The notes under the pieces were generated by a model. That model saw only the letters and a list, made by a program, of their open reading frames with translations, was not told the DNA's origin and searched no databases. From Octopus vulgaris (taxonomy: Eukaryota): a DNA stretch of 64,000 bases. The translations under genes and the position numbers were made by a program. Within the stretch, counting starts at the first letter, position 1. Each line of letters begins with the position of its first letter. Where the stretch lies: the NCBI GenBank assembly GCA_951406725.2, contig OX597816.1, positions 71,052,001-71,116,000 on the forward strand. The letters run 5' to 3'. Shown piece by piece: positions 54,071-64,000 of this stretch.

Positions 54071-55045
54071 CAGAAAGTGCTCTATACCTAACCCGCCGTC
54101 TGCTACCAAAGTGACTACCATCGACAAAACTACCACCACGTAATAACCGTCCCTTCACTCTAGGCCCCAGATGGCGCTACCATGCCATCCAGATTGGCCT
54201 ATTATTATTAAAGAACATGTCGACTGATTATATTAATTTATTCAGAGATATCATTAACGACTGAAGCAATTTTAATTAGAGCATACCTATTTAGAACACA
54301 TGCGCTCCTACACACAAGCGTACACACTCTCACACAAATACATACACGCACACAAACATATAGACGTACACGCACACATGTTCATAATCACAAAACACAT
54401 ACACACACTAACATATACTCGCGCACATTCAGACCCTATACTCCCACGAACGACACACATACACAAGCAACAAGGATACACATACACAGACACGTACTTA
54501 TACACACATATACACGCAGTTGTGCACACGCGTATACACACAACTCGCAGGCATATACACAACAAAGCATTCACTCATTATACACCCACGAAAATATACA
54601 CACAAGCAAAACAAGCACACATGCACACGTTGTTACGCATATTCAGGCGTAACGAACACAGAGGCATTTAAACATACATATACATACATGGCTCAGGCGT
54701 GGCTGTACAGTAAAATACTGGCTTCCCAACCACATGGTTCCGAGTTCAAACTCAATGCGTGGCACCTTGGGCAAGTGTCTTCAATAGCCTTGGGCCAACC
54801 AAATCCTTGTGAGTGGATTTGGTAGACGGAAACTAAAAGAAGCCTGTCGTCCTTGGGGCTGGCCAGATTGGAGCAATCTCAAGTATAATCAGCCGAAATT
54901 CCTAGGATAATCTGGTGCTTGACTGAGGAAAGAAAACTTCGAATGACCCGTCTTTGTTTTCTTTGTCTATCTGGATGTTTTGTTGTCCCTTTTTTGTATC
55001 ACCTAGCTGTCCAGATGTTTTGCGTTCTTGTCTCATTTAAATATA

Positions 55046-55073
55046 TCTCTATATATATAAAACTGAGAATGTG

Positions 55074-55104
<31 letters not shown>

Positions 55105-56239
55105 TTCCCTAAAACTTGAGAACTACACAACCAATTTCATTCAAATTTTACACATGCCTTACTTAGGGTCCGGGGAGTGTCATCGGCAAAAATATTTTAA
55201 CTTCTTGCCTAGGGCGAGCCCACAGCAATATCATATCTTCTCCACTACGATTCCCTAAAACTTGAGAACTACACAACCAATTTCATTCAAATTTTACACA
55301 TGCCTTACATAGAGTCCATGTAGTTTCTTGGGCAAAAACAATGTTCAACTTTTTGCCTAGAGCGAGCCCATATCAATATCATATCTTCTCCACAATTTCA
55401 GTATTACGTGTTAAAAGTGAAACAAAAACATTCTCTATTTTATGTCAGATGCTTTCACTTTAACAATAAAAATAATAATAACAATTGAATTATATGTAGT
55501 AAGTAATAATTAAAATCAAACTAAAGTATAATATAATCGTATCATAACAAAAGTAAAAATAGCAATTGGTATAAAATTGCATCAATGACTTAAACTTGAA
55601 TAAGTGGTTTCACATGAATGGGAATAAATTAAAAATAAAATAAGCGTGCAGAAATGGAATAGTCCAGATAGATAATAAAAAAATTAAATTAAAGAAAAGA
55701 CTATTGTCTATAAAGTATACAATGTAGAGAAAAAAGAAGATTTGAACACATGGAGGAAAGCACCTTCGGAAAGTGTCTTGGTGCGACTATGAAAGATATC
55801 TAATCAGAGGTGGTAAATTCGCCACAATAGAAGCAAGGTTTGAGTCAACGGAGCATGCAAGGGAGTACTCGACTCGAACTTGCAAAGTGGAAATATTTTA
55901 TTTTTACCTTTATATCTGGGACGTAGGACGTCCTGGAAAAAAATTTTAAATGCCCCCACCCCCCAGAAGTAGAGATAGGCTGGATTGTAGCCACACTTCT
56001 ATACAAGAGGGAGGACAAGATACAATTGATCGAAATTACAAGAGACAGGCTAACAATTCCAGTCTGTTATATATTTTGAGTATTGTTATCACTAGCGATA
56101 TCAAGATATAACTTTGTATTTTGTATTTTATGTGTAGATGTATATATATATAGATGTACATGTAATATGTACACATATATATACACATATATACATACAC
56201 TAGCACTATGACCCGGCAACGACGGGTCTTTAATGCTAG
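55046..56239 (+). mobile_element. Non-autonomous Helitron with both termini
   Basis: a-TCtctatatatataaaactgagaatgtgtgtctgtctg ... gacccggcaacgacgggtc hairpin, CTAG-t; internal ~147-bp tandem duplication (55104 and 55251). Confidence 0.8.
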
Positions 56240-56454
56240 TATATATATATATAAATATATCATATATATATATGAATGACAATTCGCTTACCACTTGTGA
56301 TGGTATTTTAATAATACCATCCCTATATATATATATATATATATATATTCCTATATTTTCATAATCTCGAGGTCTCGTTCTTTTGTTGTCATTTTATTAT
56401 TATTAATTAATAAATATATGCGTGTGTGTGCGTGTATATATATATATCTATATG

Positions 56455-56650
56455 TATCTGATTTTCCCCCCTCATCACCGCTTGACAACCGGTCTTGGTG
56501 TCTTTACATCCCCGTACCTTAGCGGTTCGGTAAAATACGCGGATAGAATAAGTACTAGGCTTTAAAAAAAATAAATAAGCCCTGGAGTGGAATTGTTCGA
56601 CTAAAACTTCGCATGGCCGCGATGAAATGACTGAAGCAAATAGAAGAATA
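56455..56650 (+). mobile_element. Family B SINE 3' half
   Basis: gcttgacaaccgg...ttagcggttcgg...gcatggccgcgatgaaatgactgaagc. Confidence 0.7.
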
Positions 56651-57264
56651 GAAAAATACCCACTCGCACACTTGCACACACATACACATATACACACACG
56701 CACACGCACACGCACACATGCGTGCGCGTGTGCGCATGCATGCAAAGGACGCACGTGCACGGTCGCATACTAGGAGAGACAGGCATTCATTCGCAGGCGC
56801 ACTCACATGCGTAGATTCATGCAGAAAAGCACTGACGCAAAGCAAATACATAAAGTGTCTATTGCATACCTGTTCACACACACACATGCATTCATTCACG
56901 CACCAAACTTCAACAAACACACAATATATACACGCTCATGCAGAGATCCGCCCATGAACAAAAAAACGTGGACACACACACACATACAAACTGACACATG
57001 CACACAACAATATAACCACATATACACACAAGCAAACGCACTACTATTCAATACTGTTTACCCTCTGCCCATCCGTGAAAGAAGGTTTTACAAAACCTAT
57101 GTGTGCGGAATCTAATGTATAGTTCACGGTGTATACAATCCAAGGTAATGAATAAATATTATATAAAATATTGTAAAATGGTATAAAAAAAAACGGATGG
57201 GTTAAAATATATTTAAAGGACAAAGAAAGTTTATACGACAGCCAGAAATGCGTGTGTTTGTGTA

Positions 57265-57334
57265 TATAAATATATGCAAGTATGTATGTGTATATATGTA
57301 TACATATATGTATGTATGTGTATGTATGCATGGA

Positions 57335-57424
<90 letters not shown>

Positions 57425-57451
57425 TATATGTATATATAAATATATATGTAT

Positions 57452-57485
<34 letters not shown>

Positions 57486-57562
57486 ATATGTATATGTATA
57501 TATGTATATGTATATATATATGTATATGTATATATATATGTATATGTATGTATATATATATG

Positions 57563-57613
<51 letters not shown>

Positions 57614-57698
57614 GTATATATATGTATATATGTATATATATATATATATGTATGCATATGTAAATATACATCTGTATACACACACACATAGGTATGTA

Positions 57699-57734
<36 letters not shown>

Positions 57735-57756
57735 TATAGATGTATATATATGCATC

Positions 57757-57820
<64 letters not shown>
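57265..57820. repeat. (TA)n/(TATG)n microsatellite block
   Basis: Directly visible. Confidence 0.9.
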
Positions 57821-57824
<4 letters not shown>

Positions 57825-58007
57825 ACAAGTCAGGATAGAAAATGCTAAAATAATTTTATAAAGAACAGTTCAGTACCGGTTTCAGTCATTTAGACCTTTT
57901 CAACTGTAACAATTAAATAATTAAATTTAGAAAAATTAAAAGAAAAGTTTTTTTAAAAGAATATTTGTATAGTGTTCAAATATAAGTGGCATTTTCCTTA
58001 TTTCTGT

Positions 58008-58052
<45 letters not shown>

Positions 58053-58596
58053 GTGTGTATGTACATATCGTATACATAAAAATATATGTATACATATGTG
58101 TATATATGTTTTTGGTACATACATACATGCATATGGAAATGAGGTGCACATAAATACCTATATAAACACACAGGTAGTTATTTCTTCTAGCAGGTATAGA
58201 CAGGTAAATTGAAAGGTAAATAGACAGGGTATTCATAATTTACCGAATATATTCGTCATTTACCGAATGATCTACATCGACATTAGAGTTTCGAATCAAA
58301 TTGGTTTAAATTTGGACACAAGACCAGCAATTTTGGAAGCGAGGAGAGTAAGTCAATTATATGAACGCATAGGGTTCAATATCGAGCTCAGAAGGGATGA
58401 GAGGCAAAGTTGACCTCGGTAGAATTTGAACTCAGAACACAAAGACTGGTGAAAAGCCGCTGAGTATTTTGCCCGTCGTGCTTACGATTCTGACTCTCGA
58501 CGGCTCAGCTCCCCGACTTATGGGTTGAAATGTATGTTGATAGACTTCTTAAATCATTGTTCTTTTTTTTATTATTTTTTACTTTCCTATAATTTC

Positions 58597-58657
58597 TCTA
58601 GAGCACCGCGACGCGTAATCACGGAGGTGTGAGTTCGAGTCTCATAGCCGGCCGCCA
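58597..58657 (+). pseudogene. tRNA-derived fragment (tRNA pseudogene or SINE head)
   Basis: gagcaccgcgacgcgtaatcacggaggtgtgagttcgagtctca...cca shows a T-arm and an anticodon-like loop, but the 5' acceptor half is missing. Confidence 0.4.
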
Positions 58658-58759
58658 ACACTTTTTTCTGCAATATAGGGGTAGCTTCTCCTGGTCAGGC
58701 TATATTATTAGCAGTATCCTGCATTTGAGAATTTAAAATCACTTTTTTAAACTTTATAT

Positions 58760-59180
58760 TTCTATTTATTCCTTTATTGCCCTCAGGGGTCTAAGCATAG
58801 AGGGGACAAACAAAGACACACAAAGGATTGAGTCGATTACATCGACTCCAGAGCGTAACTGGTACTTATTTAATCGGCCCCAAAAGGGTGAAAGGCAAAG
58901 TCAACCGCGGCGGAATTTGAACTCAGAACATAGCGGCAGACGAAACACCTATTTCTTTACTACCCATAAGGGGCTAAACAGAGAGAGGACAAACAAAGAC
59001 AGACAAACGGATTAAGTCGATTATATCGACTCCAGTGCGTAACTGGTACTTATTTAATCAACCCCGAAAGGATGAAAGGCAAAGTCGACCTCGGCGGAAT
59101 TTGAACTCAGAACGTAACGGCAGGCGAAATACGACTACGCATTTCGCCCGGCGTGCTAACGATTCTGCCAGCTCGCCGCC
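58760..59180 (-). mobile_element. Family A SINE dimer
   Basis: Two units joined at gacgaaacacc|tatttctttac (~58940-58960). Confidence 0.88.
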
Positions 59181-59509
59181 TTTATACCCTCAGGTTCTTT
59201 TAATACTCTCAGTTCTATCTTCAACTCTGCCCCCACTCCATCACTACCACCGCCATTTAACACCCTTTACTGATCAATAAAACACGTGTTACTAACATTT
59301 TCTATTGATACGATCGATCTACAATTACGAACGTCTACAGGTAAATATAGCAATGTATTTCTTGAAATCAATAATGATAACAGGTGTGTGTATCTGTATA
59401 CAAGTGAATAAGTTATCAGATACACGAATTAGAATAGACTTAATTATACTTCGTTGATTTCTTTTAATCTTATTTTCGGATTTTATATCTTTCTAACTAT
59501 TATTATTAT

Positions 59510-59925
59510 TATATAGAATTTACCTTCTTTCTTCAAATTTATTCCATTTCTCGCCGAGTGTTTTCCGTACACCTAGGGCAGAGAAGCTCATTGAATGCAT
59601 TCCCAGATTACACACGCAAATTCACAGGTAAAATATGTATTTAAAAAATTAATAAATACATAAATTCATGAATGGATGTTGTTTTCACAACAATAATGCT
59701 CTTCTCAGTACATGAGTCGTTCCAGTTAACACGATTTTTTGCACTTCCTCTAGGGATGGTAAGCCTGGTATCATTTTCAAATAGGTTTCAGTACCTTTTT
59801 TAATCATTCCTAGAGATCCTACAATCACTGGTACTGTAGTCGCCTTGAGATGCCACATGTTTTTCAAATTCTATTAGCAAGTCTTTATATTTACTGATAT
59901 TGTCAAATTCTTTCGCCGCTATATT
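59510..59925 (-). mobile_element. R4/Dong-like (restriction-like endonuclease) non-LTR retrotransposon 3' end in (TAA)n
   Basis: KYKDLL...MWHLKATTVPVIVGSLGMIKKG...IPGLPSLEEVQKIVLTGTTHVLRR is a typical RLE-clade C-terminus; the 3' end runs into TAA repeats. Confidence 0.75.
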
Positions 59926-59943
59926 GTGGTGATGATGATGATG

Positions 59944-60050
<107 letters not shown>

Positions 60051-60328
60051 TAATGATGATGTCGGCGAGCTAGCAGAATCTTTAGCGGTAATTCATCCAT
60101 CCTTTTGTTCAGAGTTCGAATTTCGCCGAGGTCGATTTTGTTTTGCATCCTTTCGGGGCGGGGGGCGACAAAATAAGTACTAGTTGAGCACTGAGGTTGA
60201 TATAATCCACTTACCCTCTCCCTCTAAATTGGTGGCCTAAGGGGCAAAATTTGAAACCATCATTATTATTCGTGATTGGTTAATAAAAAGCTACAAGTTA
60301 ACTACAGAAATGTATATATATATATAGA

Positions 60329-60536
60329 AGGGTAATAAAGATTTTTGAAATTTTTACTACATGTGGCCTAGCGTATAGAAAAATTAGTCAATAGACTATA
60401 TATTATTCATATAAAATACAGTGTACATTAAAATACATTAAGAGGTATCAGTCATAGGATTCCCTTACGCTTTTCTTTCTACCGTAAGGGAGTCCTATGC
60501 TGGATACCTCTTAATGTATTTAAATGTATACTGTAT

Positions 60537-60537
<1 letters not shown>
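60329..60537. mobile_element. Short copy of the hairpin-ended element seen at 1652-2345, inverted
   Basis: agggtaataaagat...tttttactacatgtggcctagcg left end; ~55-bp-stem hairpin at 60415-60537; (TA)n flanks. Confidence 0.65.
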
Positions 60538-60600
<63 letters not shown>

Positions 60601-60726
60601 AAGCGGCGACTTGTTAGAGTTGTTAGAAAGTCCTATCCTACAGAAACCATTGCAGTTGTACAGGTACCGTCTATCGATACTCTGATTTCAAATCACTACA
60701 AGTTTAAGTTTGCTTTCATTCTTCCA

Positions 60727-60777
<51 letters not shown>

Positions 60778-61099
60778 TGTATACACTCACATGTATATAT
60801 GTATGTGTGTATATATATAAGATTTTAGAAACTTCGAATATACAGATTTAAAGCAGATAAAACTATTAACAACAGTGAAGTAAATATTGTGACAGAAAAA
60901 AAAAAGAAAATAATCCGTTATTTAAATATATAGCATTTAGTCGTGCATATGCCGCTCTTCTGATTAAGTGTTAGATTTTGGTAAAACATTTTGTTTTTCT
61001 CTTCACTGTTTCATCTTTACCTCGGGTATAAGTCGCACTCCAATATTTTCAGTTAAAATCAAGGATAAAAGAGTGCAACTTGCACATGAATAGAAACTA

Positions 61100-62088
<989 letters not shown>

Positions 62089-62896
62089 GGAAAAGAACAG
62101 CAAAACAAAGGCACGAGAAGTGTCTCAAGTCACAATATTTAATTAAAGGTGAATTTGAAGTAATTAACTAATTAATTAATTAATCAATTAATTAATCAAC
62201 GGATGTGTTACAGCTGTTTCTGTGATATCTCAAGTGATAGGTTAGCATCACCTATACACTGGGTAGTCCGTCATCAGATACAGGGTGAGTATGCAGGAAA
62301 GTTCTAGACAGGGGATTGACAGTGTATAAAGGAATAAAATATTAGATAGAAGAATAGAGAGAGGAGAATAAAGTTCACAGCTCATCCTCTTCCAGGGGCC
62401 ATGGGGGTTGGTCCTTAAGAATATATCCCAGGTAAATCCAGGCAGTAGTTTGGCAGTGTTTCGAATTTTGCATTCATATTGAAGGAATAGTGTATGTATG
62501 TATGTATGTATGTATGTATGTATGTATGTATGTATGTATGTATGTATGTATATATGTATGTAATGTACCACTGAAAACTAGAATCGATATTCTTTCGTTC
62601 TTTCTCAAAAATTTGGTTCAGACTTAAATACTTTCTTATATGAGGCATAAATGTACAAATATATGTCTGGTAGTAAGAAGGGCTTGTGAATATGTGAGCG
62701 TGAGTTAATAGCTGCATAACTGCGTAGGTATTTGTGTTTATGTAAATACGTAAGCACTCATACATTTTGGAGCCAGTTTCTCTTTAGTACACGAGTGTAT
62801 GGTTACTTACTGCGTATCTATATATACATGTGTATAAAACCCCAAAAATTCCAATATCCACTTTTTTGTATATCATATGTCTGTGTGTGTGTGTGT

Positions 62897-62932
<36 letters not shown>

Positions 62933-62950
62933 GTATATATGCATCTATAT

Positions 62951-63013
<63 letters not shown>

Positions 63014-63062
63014 TGTGTTTGTGTAATATATATATATATATATATATATGTTTGTGTTTGTG

Positions 63063-63115
<53 letters not shown>

Positions 63116-63505
63116 ATACAGAAAAAGTGGACATTGGAAATTTTTTAGTATTATTTATTCACCATTACACGTGTTTGATTTGCTAATAGGAATTACAAAG
63201 TCTTGCATGTCAGGTGCGCGCACGTGTGTGTTAATTATACACTGTAGTTATGAGGCTAGTAACCTGGAAAATAGTCTTACTAACTGGTTTCAAGGCTTTT
63301 AGTCATTTAAAAAGGAGCAAGACGTTTCCAGGATATTATATTTTTTAAAAAGCCAATGAACTGATGTAGTACTTAAAGAAGTGCCCCTCAAATTCTATGT
63401 AGGCACAGGGGACTAATATCCCCACCGATTGATGCTTTTTTTGTATAATTTGATTTCTCTTTGCCGTCTATTTAAATATTAACTTTTTAAAAAAATTAAA
63501 TGTAA

Positions 63506-64000
63506 TCTCTCTACGTATAAACGGCAAAACGTCTGTGTGTGTGTGTATCCTTTATACAAATCCACAATTTTTTAGTTAGAGGGCTCGCACTTTCTATGGT
63601 CATTCAAAACCGTCCAAGAGGGGTCGTGCACATCTTTACATTTCCCCAGTCACGCCGCAAAGCCATTTAAAAAAATCAACAGAAGTGACTTTTTTGTGAA
63701 TTTTCTATCCAAAACCCAATCAAAATGTTCGAAACTTGATACGCCAATTGAATGCCAGCTAGCTGTATGTGATTGGTCGGAGATTTGAACAGTACTCGCG
63801 TGCATGTGCGCACGCACGCAGCTGTATATGCATGCACTAGCACTCAGGTCATAGTACTAGTTTTATGATAAACGGTTTGTTAGGCACTGTCACAACAACA
63901 TCAAAAATAATAAGTTTTGGAATGTGAATGAGGAAATAATGTAAACCAAATATATGCAGCCCTATACCTGTAAATTAAAAACAACAAGAGCATTGAAAGA
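63506..64000 (+). mobile_element. Non-autonomous Helitron 5' part, probably continuing past the window end
   Basis: a-TCtctctacgtataaacggcaaaacgtctgtgtg matches the 5' end at 20357 (TCtctctatatataaacggcag). Confidence 0.6.

Noticed and set aside
54160-54182. CTCF-like motif gccccagatggcgc upstream of Gfi1
   Set aside because: A single partial motif match with no supporting evidence.
58597-58657. Functional tRNA gene
   Set aside because: The acceptor stem and D-arm cannot be completed. This applies equally to the SINE heads, so no intact tRNA is called.

Overview
AT-rich, microsatellite-saturated eukaryotic DNA. Its SINE, Helitron and MITE repertoire is typical of an octopus (coleoid cephalopod) genome; this assignment is inferred from recalled repeat families, not from a search. 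One protein-coding gene is supported: a minus-strand Gfi1/Senseless-family six-finger C2H2 repressor. It reconstructs as three coding exons (49192-49087, 47049-45811, 42192-41951) with GT-AG introns, both phase 1, giving 528 aa. Its N-terminus carries a degenerate SNAG motif (MPCSLVIKK) followed by an FRPW Groucho-type motif. The rest of the window is repeats: at least four tRNA-derived SINE families, decayed RTE, CR1/L2-group, R4/Dong-like and Penelope-like retroelements, Tc1/mariner and hAT remnants and MITEs, non-autonomous Helitrons, and several long foldback palindromes. Points worth follow-up are the possible corepressor switch in Gfi1, several hammerhead-ribozyme-like cores (one inside a TSD-flanked tRNA-headed SINE), an element with two different terminal hairpins, head-to-head Helitrons, recurrent SINE multimers with one fixed junction, and an ~87-bp degenerate array. 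Nearly all ORF-track entries are microsatellite artefacts. Repeat boundaries are read by eye and approximate unless a TSD is given.
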